The notes under the pieces were generated by a model. That model was not told where the DNA came from and did not search any database. It saw only the letters and a program-made list of their open reading frames with translations. Both the position numbers and the translations under genes were made by a program. Below, one piece after another: positions 8,149 to 17,597 of a DNA stretch of 64,000 nt. Source of the DNA: Syntrophomonadaceae bacterium (GTDB lineage Bacteria > Bacillota > Syntrophomonadia > Syntrophomonadales > Syntrophomonadaceae). Position 1 is the stretch's first letter. The number at the start of each line of letters is the position of its first letter. The stretch covers positions 11,038 through 75,037 of the forward strand of contig JBMNGL010000013.1 in the NCBI GenBank assembly GCA_050949825.1, written 5' to 3'.

Positions 8149-10619
8149 GTGCGCCCAGATAGGGCATTGCCTAATGTGGTGTAGGAGCCACTCCGAACGA
8201 TAACTCGGGAAATAACCCACTTAACCGAAAGGCGAAAGCTGGCACGGGAACAAAGCACGGTGGGAAAGCGGTAAGTCACCTTAAAACACATTGGTGCGAC
8301 TGAACTGCAATATTAAGCGGATATAAGGTTTAAATTGGGTTTATTGAATGCGAGTTTCCAGTTTCTGTTAGTCGTAGGCGGAGGAAATGTGTTTGTAACC
8401 TCTGGAGCAGGAAAGGTTGTCATTAATAGAGGGACAATCGGTTATCAAATATCCTGTTCAACACGCAAGAGAACTTGTGATAACGAAACGAAAGCAAAAC
8501 CGACAATCCGCACATACCTGTAGGCAGTGTTAACTGGGGATACCCTAAACAGGAACGCCACAACGCGGCTATAGCCACAGGGCTTGAATACCCTGCATGG
8601 GTACGGAGCGTTCGTAGTAGTCCGAGGACGGGAAAGCCGTCCACATGGCGAAGGGACGCAGTTGTTGTGTACTAAAATCAAAATTGATTAGGGAGGAAAA
8701 CCTCATATGCAACCAACAATAGAGATTTTAGCAAGAATCAGCGTAAACTCTAACGCAAACAAGGATGAAGTTTTTACAAGACTTTACCGCTATTTGTTGC
8801 GACCAGATATCTACTTTGAAGCATATAAAAACCTGTATGCCAATAACGGAGCAGCGACCCGTGGCGTGGATAATGATACCGCAGACGGTTTTAGCGAAGC
8901 GAAAATTGATAAAATAATAAAATCGCTTAGTGATGAAACCTACACGCCAAAATCAGTGCGAAGAACTTATATCGATAAGGGAAACGGGAAAAAGCGACCG
9001 TTGGGCATTCTGACTTTTACGGACAAACTGGTGCAGGAGGCACTTCGTATGGTACTTGAAGCTGTGTATGAACCGTCTTTCTTGGATTGGTCGCACGGTT
9101 TCAGACCGAACCGAAGCTGTCATACCGCGCTGGCAAGTTTGAAGAAAGAGTTTACAGGGGCGCGTTGGTTTGTCGAGGGCGACATTAAGGGTTGTTTTGA
9201 TAATATCGACCACGCCGTTTTAATAAGTATGCTGAACAAGAAAGTGAAGGATGCACGAATAGTCAAACTGATTTACAAATTTTTAAAAGCAGGTTATATG
9301 GAAAATTGGCAGTACCACAACACCTACAGCGGTACTCCGCAAGGCGGAATTATTTCGCCGTTGCTTGCCAATATCTATCTGCACGAACTGGATAAGTTTG
9401 TAATGATGTTAAAGGCAGAGTTTAACAAGCCGAGAGAAACCCATTCCACGTATGAATACGGGGTTATAAGAAGAAAGATGAAAAAACTCCGTAAGGAAAT
9501 CGAAAACGCGGACGGTGACAAGCGTGGGCAATTGCTTGATGAATATAAAGCAACTCGCGCACAGTTATTACAAACCCCCGCGAAGTCACAAACTGATAAG
9601 AAAATCAAGTATATCAGATATGCAGACGATTTTTTGATTGCCGTCAACGGAAGTCGTGAGGACTGTGCGGAAATCAAGCGCAGGTTATTCGAATTTATCG
9701 GACAGACCTTGAAAATGGAACTCAGCGACGAAAAAACGTTGATTACCCATAGCAATGATTACGCGCGGTTTTTGGGCTACGATGTACGTGTGAGGAGAAA
9801 TGGAAAAATTAAGCGCGGCGGTAAAAATGGTTGTACTAAACGCACGCTTAGCAATAATGTGGAACTCTTAGTGCCCTTTGAAGATAAAATCAATAAATTC
9901 CTGTTCTCAAAGGGTGTTGTTAAACAACGGCTGAACGGTACTGTCTACCCAACGCACAGACCCGCCCTGGAACGATTGACCGACCTTGAAATTGTGATGA
10001 CCTACAACGCCGAACTCCGTGGAATATGCAATTATTACAGATTAGCCAGCAACTATAATAGTCTTGGGTATTTTGCATATCTGATGGAATATAGTTGTTT
10101 ACGAACGCTTGCAGGAAAACACAAATCAAAGGTTAGCAAAATCAAGGAGAAGTTCAAAGACGGTCATGGCAAATGGGGTATTCCTTATACGACTAAAAAG
10201 GGTGAAAAGCGCTGTTATTTCGCTAAATTAGCCGATTGCAAAGGGGCAAAATTCTGTACGGATATATTGCCAAACGCTTTTGTAATCCACATGAGCGCAA
10301 GAAATACCTTTGAAAACAGGTTGAAAGCGAAAGTTTGCGAGCTATGTGGGACAACGGATGCAGAACACTATGAAATTCATCACATTCACAAGGTAAAAGA
10401 CCTCAAAGGGAAAGAGCCTTGGAAAGTGGCGATGATAGCCAAACGGCGAAAAACTATGGTGGTTTGCAGAAACTGTCATAACACAATTCATCATTAAGAG
10501 TTTAACTGACCAAACAACAATGGGGAGCCGGATACCTTGAGAGGGGTAAGTCCGGTTCCGGGAGAGGACTGTGCAAACCTACCGTAGAAATGCGGCAAGG
10601 CGGCATTTTCCTACTCCAC
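8149..10619 (+). mobile_element. Group II intron, class IIA (Ll.LtrB-like), complete, with intron-encoded protein
   Basis: The 5' end gtgcgcccagataggg and the following ...aaccgaaaggcgaaagctggcacgggaacaaagcacgg... closely parallel the Ll.LtrB 5' region as I recall it. Domain V is gagccggataccttgagaggggtaagtccggttc (10525-10558). Domain VI ends ...cctactccac at 10619. Removing 8149-10619 restores an open frame. Confidence 0.9.
8707..10497 (+). CDS. Group II intron reverse transcriptase / maturase with C-terminal HNH endonuclease domain
   Basis: RT blocks (RPLGILTFTDKLVQEA, GTPQGGIISPLLANIYL, IRYADDFLIAV). Maturase X region (YNAELRGICNYY). C-terminal CELCG ... HHIHKV ... CRNCHNTIHH is an HNH/Zn motif. 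Confidence 0.95.
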   Translation: MQPTIEILARISVNSNANKDEVFTRLYRYLLRPDIYFEAYKNLYANNGAATRGVDNDTADGFSEAKIDKIIKSLSDETYTPKSVRRTYIDKGNGKKRPLGILTFTDKLVQEALRMVLEAVYEPSFLDWSHGFRPNRSCHTALASLKKEFTGARWFVEGDIKGCFDNIDHAVLISMLNKKVKDARIVKLIYKFLKAGYMENWQYHNTYSGTPQGGIISPLLANIYLHELDKFVMMLKAEFNKPRETHSTYEYGVIRRKMKKLRKEIENADGDKRGQLLDEYKATRAQLLQTPAKSQTDKKIKYIRYADDFLIAVNGSREDCAEIKRRLFEFIGQTLKMELSDEKTLITHSNDYARFLGYDVRVRRNGKIKRGGKNGCTKRTLSNNVELLVPFEDKINKFLFSKGVVKQRLNGTVYPTHRPALERLTDLEIVMTYNAELRGICNYYRLASNYNSLGYFAYLMEYSCLRTLAGKHKSKVSKIKEKFKDGHGKWGIPYTTKKGEKRCYFAKLADCKGAKFCTDILPNAFVIHMSARNTFENRLKAKVCELCGTTDAEHYEIHHIHKVKDLKGKEPWKVAMIAKRRKTMVVCRNCHNTIHH

Positions 10620-10760
10620 TATGGGACGGTACAATTGAATCGCCGGGAAGAAGAAGTCTGGCTGATGCCTATTGGTTATTTGATGGATTTGTGGGAATGT
10701 CATAAGCAGTTTATTGTGGGATTGCCAAGCCTAAAAAAATCGCCTTCATTGATGAGGTAA
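10620..10760 (+). CDS. Exon 2 of the gpT (-1 frame) extension of the tail assembly chaperone
   Basis: Joining 8148 to 10620 continues the -1 frame as ...EEALFTRLLY|YGTVQLNRREEEVWLMPIGYLMDLWECHKQF... up to TAA 10758-10760. The segment is too short to appear in the ORF track. Confidence 0.55.
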   Translation, partial: YGTVQLNRREEEVWLMPIGYLMDLWECHKQFIVGLPSLKKSPSLMR

Positions 10761-10881
10761 TTCCTGAGTGGCTTTGATTTTTCCGATTCAAAGTTACAAT
10801 ATTTTACCATAAAGGATGAAAAAATCTTCAGACTCGAAGGACACCGGAGGAGATAAACTGGAATAGCGTACTCTTTTGCCG

Positions 10882-10910
10882 TTGTATTTTAAGTAAAATA
10901 AGGGTACAAT
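10882..10910 (+). promoter_or_regulatory. Candidate sigma-A promoter for the toxin-antitoxin pair
   Basis: TTGTAT (10882-10887), 17-nt spacer, TACAAT (10905-10910), about 25 nt upstream of the antitoxin start. Confidence 0.3.
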
Positions 10911-10934
10911 AATAGCTGCAAAGGAGTTGATGTT

Positions 10935-11183
10935 ATGCCTAATATAAAACCGGTGTCAGATTTAAGAAGCTATAACGAAGTTCTAAAAGATATTGATGTA
11001 GGGGAACCTGTATTTTTAACTAAAAATGGCCGGGGGAAATATGTAATTCTTGATATTAAAGAATATCAAAAGAGCCAGGCTACTATTAAACTTCTATCAA
11101 AGTTGTTGGAGGCGGAAAAAGCTATAAAGACAGGTGAAGAGTGGCTTTCAGAGGAACAAGTCAGGAAAGAACTTGGAGTGTAA
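10935..11183 (+). CDS. Type II antitoxin, Phd/YefM family
   Basis: 82 aa. N-terminus IKPVSDLRSYNEVLKDIDVGEPVFLTKNGRGKYVILDIKEY is the Phd/YefM fold signature. Its stop is 3 nt before the toxin start. Confidence 0.8.
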   Translation: MPNIKPVSDLRSYNEVLKDIDVGEPVFLTKNGRGKYVILDIKEYQKSQATIKLLSKLLEAEKAIKTGEEWLSEEQVRKELGV

Positions 11184-11186
11184 TTT

Positions 11187-11528
11187 ATGCACAAGCTAAG
11201 AATTAACCCTCTGGCAAGACAAGATTTGCTTGGTATTAAAGAATACATTACAAATGATTTGGATAGTCCCGGTGCTGCTATTAATGTAATTTCAAAAATT
11301 GTTGAAAGCTATGAAAAGCTAAAGGAGTTTCCGCTACTAGGTATTGAATTGTCACCAAAAATCAACATCGAAACCGATTATCGATATTTGATTAGTGGCA
11401 AGTATATAGTGTTTTATAAATTAGATGATACCTATGTGTCTATTTGTCGAATACTTTATGCCAGACGAGATTATATAAGAATACTTTTTGAAGAACCTCA
11501 ATTTACGGAGGATACAGATATGGAATAA
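11187..11528 (+). CDS. Type II toxin, ParE/RelE superfamily
   Basis: 113 aa. LRINPLARQDLLGIKEYI ... YRYLISGKYIVFYKLDDTYVSICRILYARRDY is typical of ParE-like toxins. It is tightly coupled to the upstream antitoxin. Confidence 0.8.
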   Translation: MHKLRINPLARQDLLGIKEYITNDLDSPGAAINVISKIVESYEKLKEFPLLGIELSPKINIETDYRYLISGKYIVFYKLDDTYVSICRILYARRDYIRILFEEPQFTEDTDME

Positions 11529-11590
11529 TGTATAGGCAAGAGGTTATTTTATAGTTCTGTGAGTCAATAAATAATTGAAAAATATAACAA

Positions 11591-11618
11591 GACACTCTAA
11601 AACCAGGGTGTCTTTTTT
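11591..11618 (+). terminator. Intrinsic terminator after the TA pair
   Basis: gacac (11591-11595) pairs with gtgtc (11608-11612), followed by tttttt. Confidence 0.5.
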
Positions 11619-11647
11619 CATGCCTATAAGGGAGGAGGTGAAACACT

Positions 11648-13825
11648 GTGGCAGATTCTTTTGGCCTTAAAATCGGAATTGAAGGAGAAAAGGAATTTAA
11701 AAATGCCCTAAGGGAAATCAACCAGAGCTTTAAGGTGCTGGGTTCAGAAATGAATCTGGTCACATCTCAGTTTGACAAGCAGGATAAATCCATTCAAGCG
11801 ATAACAGCCAGAAACAATGTACTAAATAAAGAGATTGAAGCACAGAAGGAGAAAATCAGCACCTTGGAAGCTGCCCTAAAAAACGCCTCCGATTCCTTTG
11901 GTGAAACAGATCGAAGAACTCAGAACTGGGCTACCCAGCTTAATAATGCCAAAGCAGAACTTAACAATATGGAACGAGAGTTGGAGGAGTCCGCCGCCGA
12001 TGCGGACAAACTTGGCGACGAGCTGGAGGAAACAGGTAAATCTGCAGATGGTGCTGGCAGTAGGTTTGAGAAACTAGGCGGTATCTTAAAAGGTGTCGGA
12101 GCGGCAATGGGTACAGTGGCCGTCGCAGCCGGTGCCGCTGCGATAAAACTCGGCAAAGAGGTGGTGCAACAGTTCGGTGAACTGGAACAGAATCTTGGCG
12201 GGTCGGAAGCCGTGTTCGGCCAATATGCCGCGTCAATCCAAAAGACGGGCGAGGAAGCCTACAAGAACCTCGGCGTGTCACAGAGTGATTATCTGGCTAC
12301 CGCTAACAAGATGGGGGCCTTGTTCCAAGGCTCCGGCATTGAACAGCAAAAAAGCCTTGAATTGACGGAAAAGGCAATGCAGCGGGCGGCAGATATGGCA
12401 TCTGTGATGGGCATTGATATGCAGATGGCTTTGGATTCTGTTGCGGGAGCAGCCAAGGGCAACTTCACGATGATGGATAACCTTGGCGTTGCGATGAATG
12501 CTACCAACATTGAAGCCTACGCCCTCGCCAAGGGCCTGGATTTCACCTGGGCATCTGCTACAAACGCCGAAAAAGCTGAAGTCGCAATGCAAATGTTCTT
12601 TGAGAATACAGAGCAGTACGCGGGAAACTTTGCCAGGGAATCCACACAAACCATAACCGGCTCCATCGGGTTGATGAAGGCTGCGCTCGGCTCGTTCACA
12701 GCGGGGCTTGGCAACACCAACGCTGACATGACGAAGCTAACACAGAACCTAGTGGACGCTTTTCAGGCGGTGGTTAAAAACATTGTGCCTGTCTTAGAGA
12801 ATATCGTAACTGCACTGCCGATAGCAATGGATGCGATTCTGTCGGCGGTCGGCGATCTGCTTCCTACACTGCTTAATACTGTCACGAATTTGTTTAGCCA
12901 GGTACTGGAAACAATCCTGAACCTATTTCCGGAGCTTATTCCGGCCACCGTTGATGCGATTATGACGATTGTCGGTGCACTAATCGATAACCTCCCGCTA
13001 ATAATCGATGCGGCGGTGCAATTAGTGACCGCTCTTGTAGAAGGCTTAGGCCTTGCTTTGCCGGAATTGATTCCTGCGGCGATGAGTGCGGTGATAACAA
13101 TCGTACAAGGGCTGCTTGAGAACATGGATAAAGTCATCGAGGCGGCTTTTGCCATAATAACTGGACTGGCGGAAGGGCTTTTAAATGCTCTGCCACAGCT
13201 TATTGAGGCGTTGCCTCATATCATTACTAGCATCATTAATTTTATTACAGGAAATCTGCCCACAATTATTGGATTAGGCGTTGAACTTACAATTATGCTT
13301 GCGGCTGGATTAATTCAGGCCCTGCCTCAATTAGTCGCAAGCCTGCCGCAGATTGTGTTCGCCATTATAACTGGCATAGGAAAAGCTGCTGTCTCCATAG
13401 TGGAAATTGGCAGAAATATCATGACCGGTCTTTGGAGTGGAATTGCATCTATGCTAGGCTGGATCCAAAGTAAAGTAAACAGCATGGTAAGCGGTATCGT
13501 GAGCAGTATGAAAGGGGTACTAGGGATCCGCTCACCATCTAAAGTCTTTGCTGGTATTGGTGAAAACATGGGGCAAGGAATTGGAGAAGGGTTTAGTAGT
13601 GCTATGAAAGATGTAGAAAAAGAAATGGCTAGGGCTATTCCTACCGACTTTGATTTAGATATGAATAGTGTAGTCAGCGGGGTAGAAGCCGGCAGCAGCG
13701 GAGCAGTCTTTGATGTGACCATTCCCTTAACCATTGACGGAAATATCTTAACCCGAGTAATTGCCCAGCTGCAGTGGAACCAAAATACGGTCACCGTTAG
13801 AAACCTGGGAGTAGCCGGAGCTTAA
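11648..13825 (+). CDS. Tail tape measure protein
   Basis: 725 aa with GTG start behind gggaggaggtg. N-terminal coiled coil, then a long Ala/Gly/Leu/Ile-rich repetitive helical region (LPxLIxA-type repeats). Position is upstream of the tail tip genes. Confidence 0.9.
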   Translation: MADSFGLKIGIEGEKEFKNALREINQSFKVLGSEMNLVTSQFDKQDKSIQAITARNNVLNKEIEAQKEKISTLEAALKNASDSFGETDRRTQNWATQLNNAKAELNNMERELEESAADADKLGDELEETGKSADGAGSRFEKLGGILKGVGAAMGTVAVAAGAAAIKLGKEVVQQFGELEQNLGGSEAVFGQYAASIQKTGEEAYKNLGVSQSDYLATANKMGALFQGSGIEQQKSLELTEKAMQRAADMASVMGIDMQMALDSVAGAAKGNFTMMDNLGVAMNATNIEAYALAKGLDFTWASATNAEKAEVAMQMFFENTEQYAGNFARESTQTITGSIGLMKAALGSFTAGLGNTNADMTKLTQNLVDAFQAVVKNIVPVLENIVTALPIAMDAILSAVGDLLPTLLNTVTNLFSQVLETILNLFPELIPATVDAIMTIVGALIDNLPLIIDAAVQLVTALVEGLGLALPELIPAAMSAVITIVQGLLENMDKVIEAAFAIITGLAEGLLNALPQLIEALPHIITSIINFITGNLPTIIGLGVELTIMLAAGLIQALPQLVASLPQIVFAIITGIGKAAVSIVEIGRNIMTGLWSGIASMLGWIQSKVNSMVSGIVSSMKGVLGIRSPSKVFAGIGENMGQGIGEGFSSAMKDVEKEMARAIPTDFDLDMNSVVSGVEAGSSGAVFDVTIPLTIDGNILTRVIAQLQWNQNTVTVRNLGVAGA

Positions 13826-13851
13826 ATAAATTAAAGGAGGGCAGTCCGGCC

Positions 13852-14979
13852 ATGATTGACATATATGCAGGAAGTACCCTGATTCAATCCATTAAAAAAG
13901 TCATGAGTGCTAACTTAAGAGAAACCCTGGATGGGGAATATACCCTATCCTTTACAGTACTGGCCAAGTCTGCCCTGGCTTTAAAAACCCGGCAGGTAGC
14001 TAAAATAGATGGCCAGTCCTTTGAGATTGTGCAGATTAGTAAATCCCTTCAGGGGGATCTACCTATCTGCTCAGTCCTTTGTGAACATGTGTCATATCTA
14101 CTTAATCATGAAATGTATAACATCACTGAATTTGATTTTACCGGAGATCCTACCGCAGGATTAACTCAAGTTTTAGCGGGAACACCTTTTACAGCCGGTA
14201 TCGTAGATTTCACCGATAGTGTTACTATGAAAATCAACCAAAAGGTCTCCAGAAGAGCGGCCCTGATGCAGTACATCGCCATCTTAGGCGGGGAGATTGA
14301 ATACGACGGTTACAAGATTAATATCAGAGAACATCGGGGCAGCATTGACTACCTGCCGGTAATGGATTCTAAGAACGTAACTAATGTGGCCGTATCTTAT
14401 GATTCCCGGGAGAATAGTTCTTCCTATGATATTGCCTTTTTTAAGTTGCTGGATTTATCTGTGGGGGATAATGTTCAGATTGTCTTTACCCCCCTGGGGA
14501 TTAACGTCAAGACCAGGATTATTTCCTTAGAGTACAATCCCTTCTATAGATATAACATCCGGGTGGAAGTAGGTTCCTACCGGCCCAGTATTTCCGATAC
14601 CTTCTACCGGATAGAAAGCTCTATTAGTGGTGTGAGCAGTTCGGTAGATAATCTGCAAAACCAGGTCTATGACCTGCAGGTTTCTTACACCATTGTCAAG
14701 GAACTATCTGTGGTGGATAACACCGTCAATGTTACCTATGAAGTAGAAAAAGGAGCAAGCCATCAGTACCATGCCCAGTACAGTTTTACCACCGATGCTA
14801 GCGGGCGGATTACCTCCATTACCTTAGAAGATATATTCTCAGAGCTTTTGTTAAAAGAAGTATCTTCATTAATGGTTGATGAAGCTTCTTTTGCTGTTAC
14901 TTATGCAGACGCCAGTACAGCAAATTACACCTATACTACTGACAGTAGCGGCAGAATCACCACCATTGAAAAAGTCTAA
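13852..14979 (+). CDS. Tail tip protein (distal tail / Tal-like N-terminal domain)
   Basis: 375 aa directly after the tape measure. The N-terminal LDGEYTLSFTV pattern resembles prophage-tail N-terminal domains. The C-terminus carries two YTTD(A/S)SGRIT(S/T)I repeats. Confidence 0.5.
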   Translation: MIDIYAGSTLIQSIKKVMSANLRETLDGEYTLSFTVLAKSALALKTRQVAKIDGQSFEIVQISKSLQGDLPICSVLCEHVSYLLNHEMYNITEFDFTGDPTAGLTQVLAGTPFTAGIVDFTDSVTMKINQKVSRRAALMQYIAILGGEIEYDGYKINIREHRGSIDYLPVMDSKNVTNVAVSYDSRENSSSYDIAFFKLLDLSVGDNVQIVFTPLGINVKTRIISLEYNPFYRYNIRVEVGSYRPSISDTFYRIESSISGVSSSVDNLQNQVYDLQVSYTIVKELSVVDNTVNVTYEVEKGASHQYHAQYSFTTDASGRITSITLEDIFSELLLKEVSSLMVDEASFAVTYADASTANYTYTTDSSGRITTIEKV

Positions 14980-14992
14980 AGGGGGTTGAAAC

Positions 14993-16054
14993 ATGACTTA
15001 TCATCGTAATTATAATAACCCATTAGCTATCTGGACCGCCTTTGGAGGCCGGGGGAGCGTTACTGTGGCTACTCCAACTCTCAATTGGAGTAAGAAATAC
15101 TATAGCGACTTCGGCTATACCCAGTATGGCAGTGAAACCCAAATTGATGTATATGACAACGGATCTGCTCAAATCGCGGTGTATTATGCCAAAACCCCCT
15201 ATATGTCCTACTACAACCAAAGTACTAAACAGTGGACAGTAGTTAGTGTACCATGGTGGAGCTACGGACAGCCTTATATCCTCTGGGCAGGAGAAGGGGT
15301 CTTTTTAGCTTGCATTGTGGGTCTAGCTAATATCATCGCCTCCTTTGACGGGATAACTTGGTATAATGCCGGTTATTGTCAAGGTGCCAAGAACGATATG
15401 ACCTGCGGTGCCTACGACCCTGCAACTAGCTGCGGGGTAGTATCTTGGTGGTACTATCAGTCTCCCCTTTACTATAGCTACGATTCTTTGAAGGAACGTA
15501 CCGCCTGGACACTGGTCGGGGCTGACGGAACATCAGTCCCGGTTTTCAGGTACCTGACTATGCATAAAGGAAACTTTGTGGGAATCGTTAGCAGCAGCAA
15601 AGCTATCGCCAAGGCCAGTTCAAGCAGTCCCGGCAGCTGGTCTACTACCATTGCCGCAGATTTGAATGAAACCAATTATATGAACATCCGTTCAATTAAT
15701 GGGAAGCTCTTTGTCATGAAGTGGAATTATATCAATAGTATCTACCATGTAAAATTATGTGTTTTAAACGACAGTGCTACGGAGCTGACAGAGACTAATC
15801 TATATAATGTGGGGGGCTTAGCTGATAACAATATCCCCAATCCCAACAACATCATCTGGATGGCAGACTGGGGTAAATATGCCCTCTTTGCAGAAGAGAT
15901 GCTCTATGTTTCAGACGATGGCCTAACCTGGGAAGGGGTAGAACAGCCAGGGCTTAGTGTTAGCCAGTACGACAATTTTGAAGGTGCTATTTATGTGCCG
16001 GGAGATGGCTTCTATATAAAGGCCACCGGCTATGTCTACTACGCTCCCTATTAA
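14993..16054 (+). CDS. Hypothetical tail protein, candidate receptor-binding protein
   Basis: 353 aa, Trp/Tyr-rich, with two Asp-box-like motifs (SFDGITW, SDDGLTW) that suggest a beta-propeller. It is the last structural gene before the holin. Confidence 0.35.
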   Translation: MTYHRNYNNPLAIWTAFGGRGSVTVATPTLNWSKKYYSDFGYTQYGSETQIDVYDNGSAQIAVYYAKTPYMSYYNQSTKQWTVVSVPWWSYGQPYILWAGEGVFLACIVGLANIIASFDGITWYNAGYCQGAKNDMTCGAYDPATSCGVVSWWYYQSPLYYSYDSLKERTAWTLVGADGTSVPVFRYLTMHKGNFVGIVSSSKAIAKASSSSPGSWSTTIAADLNETNYMNIRSINGKLFVMKWNYINSIYHVKLCVLNDSATELTETNLYNVGGLADNNIPNPNNIIWMADWGKYALFAEEMLYVSDDGLTWEGVEQPGLSVSQYDNFEGAIYVPGDGFYIKATGYVYYAPY

Positions 16055-16083
16055 AGACGCCTTAATACTAGGGAGAAGAATTA

Positions 16084-16111
16084 CGCCTTAAGAGATTAGG
16101 GCGTTTTTTTT
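16084..16111 (+). terminator. Intrinsic terminator after the structural operon
   Basis: cgcctta (16084-16090) pairs with ttagggcg (one mismatch), followed by a run of 8 T. Confidence 0.6.
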
Positions 16112-16130
16112 ATATGCAGAAAGCGAGGTA

Positions 16131-16553
16131 ATGAACATGAAAGAAATATGGACCTACATACAAATCGCCATTACCGCCATCGGTGGCTGGCTGGGCTGGT
16201 TTTTAGGCGGCCTTGATGGCTTCTTATATGCTCTGGTAGCCTTTGTGGTTCTAGATTATATTACCGGGGTGATGTTGGCATTCCTGGAAAAAAGGCTATC
16301 CAGTGATATAGGTGCTCGGGGGATCTTTAAAAAAGTGATGATCTTTTGCCTGGTGGGCGTGGCCCATATTATTGATAGCAATATTATCGGAGAGGGCAGT
16401 GTAATTCGCACAGCAGTAATTTGCTTTTATTTATCTAATGAAGGCATCAGTATCATCGAAAATGCTACTCAGATGGGACTGCCGGTTCCTGAAAAGCTTA
16501 AAGATATCCTGGCACAGCTAAAGGATGGAGGGGATAAGGATGAAACCAAGTAA
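16131..16553 (+). CDS. Phage holin (holin_4_1 / TcdE-like family)
   Basis: 140 aa with three predicted TM helices. LDYITGVMLAFLEKRLSSDIGARGIFKKV ... FYLSNEGISIIENATQMGLPVP is the family signature. It overlaps the endolysin start. Confidence 0.8.
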   Translation: MNMKEIWTYIQIAITAIGGWLGWFLGGLDGFLYALVAFVVLDYITGVMLAFLEKRLSSDIGARGIFKKVMIFCLVGVAHIIDSNIIGEGSVIRTAVICFYLSNEGISIIENATQMGLPVPEKLKDILAQLKDGGDKDETK

Positions 16554-17523
16554 TCTTAAGACCAAATACATGACCAGAAATGACTGCTACACTGCTGGCA
16601 GGAAGATCACACCAAAAGGAATCATGGTTCACTCCACCGCAACTCCGGGTGTGATGGCGGCGGATTGGTTTAGCCGGTGGAATAAATCCTATAAGGTGGG
16701 GGAGATAAACCATCAGGCTTGTGTTCATGCTTTCGTAGATGATAAGGAAATCTGGCAGCACCTGCCCTGGAACCATCGGGGCTGGCATGCCGGGGGTAAA
16801 GCCAACGATACTCATATCGGAATAGAGCTTTGTGAACCGGGTGGGTTTTCTTATTCTGGCTCTACCATGGTAGGCTATGATGTAAAAAAGAATGAAGCTT
16901 ATTTTCGTGCTGCTTGGAAGAATGCAGTGGACCTATGTATCTTTCTTTGCAAACAATATGGTCTGACGGAGAAGGATATCCTCGGCCATGCTGAAGGCCA
17001 TAGACAAGGTATTGCTAGCAATCATGCAGATCCTTTGCACTGGTACCCAAAACATGGGGAGAGTATGGACACCTTCCGAGCGGCAGTAAAAGCGGCACTT
17101 AATAAAACCGAGAATGAGAACAGTTTTAGACTTGCTGTAGGAGATGTAGTGGAAATTAGAGCTTCGGCAACTAGGTATTTTCCCAGTGGACCATTAATAC
17201 CTCCTTGGGTTAAAGATACCTATCATGAAGTAACGCAAATAACAGCCAGCGGGAAAGAAGTTTACAAAGGCGGTAAACACAGTGTACTCCTGGGGAATAA
17301 AGTTCATAAACTAACAGGCAATGTGTCTGCAGGCATAATGACTTGGGTGGATATCGATGAGCTTAATTTAATATCTTCCAAAGTAAAGGAAGGAGAACAG
17401 CTTGCCCGGGCGGAAAAATTCTACCGAGTACAGGTAGGCGCTTTTAGCAAACAAGAAAATGCTGAAAAGCTGATGAAAGAACTGGCCCGGGCAGGGTTCA
17501 ATGCCTATGTGAAATATGAATAA
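16540..17523 (+). CDS. Endolysin: N-acetylmuramoyl-L-alanine amidase (Amidase_2/PGRP) with C-terminal SPOR domain
   Basis: GIMVHSTATPG ... WHAGGKANDTHIGIELCEP ... GHAE is amidase_2. The C-terminal FYRVQVGAFSKQENAEKLMKELARAGFNAYVKYE is a SPOR domain. ATG 16540 lies behind ggagggga. Listed ORF is 16525..17523. Confidence 0.9.
   Translation: MKPSNLKTKYMTRNDCYTAGRKITPKGIMVHSTATPGVMAADWFSRWNKSYKVGEINHQACVHAFVDDKEIWQHLPWNHRGWHAGGKANDTHIGIELCEPGGFSYSGSTMVGYDVKKNEAYFRAAWKNAVDLCIFLCKQYGLTEKDILGHAEGHRQGIASNHADPLHWYPKHGESMDTFRAAVKAALNKTENENSFRLAVGDVVEIRASATRYFPSGPLIPPWVKDTYHEVTQITASGKEVYKGGKHSVLLGNKVHKLTGNVSAGIMTWVDIDELNLISSKVKEGEQLARAEKFYRVQVGAFSKQENAEKLMKELARAGFNAYVKYE
17415..17523 (+). repeat. Direct repeat copy 1 (3' end of the endolysin gene)
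   Basis: 109 nt, matching 18012-18120 with 3 mismatches. Confidence 0.95.
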
Positions 17524-17597
17524 CTTCTCGATTTATGTTATCATTTATGATAACACAAATGCGGAACACGGCATATACTTGGATTGGGGGTGTAAGG

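Noticed and set aside
8335-8681. Short ORFs (8335..8523 +, 8423..8644 -, 8445..8681 -) upstream of the reverse transcriptase
   Set aside because: They lie within intron RNA domains I-IV, whose sequence parallels Ll.LtrB structural RNA. They have no SD.
8707-10497. Reverse transcriptase as a retron or diversity-generating retroelement
   Set aside because: It is flanked by a GTGCG 5' end, a canonical 34-nt domain V and a domain VI. It also carries maturase X and HNH domains. Those features make it a group II intron protein.
10700-10777. Alternative reading of the end of exon 2 (GIAKPKKIAFIDEVIPEWL, stop 10775-10777), which looks more like typical gpT C-termini than the in-frame ending VGLPSLKKSPSLMR
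   Set aside because: It needs an extra frame change near 10705-10715 that I cannot justify from the sequence alone. It could be an indel or sequencing error, so I record it as uncertain rather than call it.
11920-13794. Many antisense and out-of-frame ORFs inside the tape measure gene
   Set aside because: The tape measure frame is continuous for 725 codons with the expected composition. The others are Ala/Ser/Pro-rich shadows of a GC-skewed repetitive gene.
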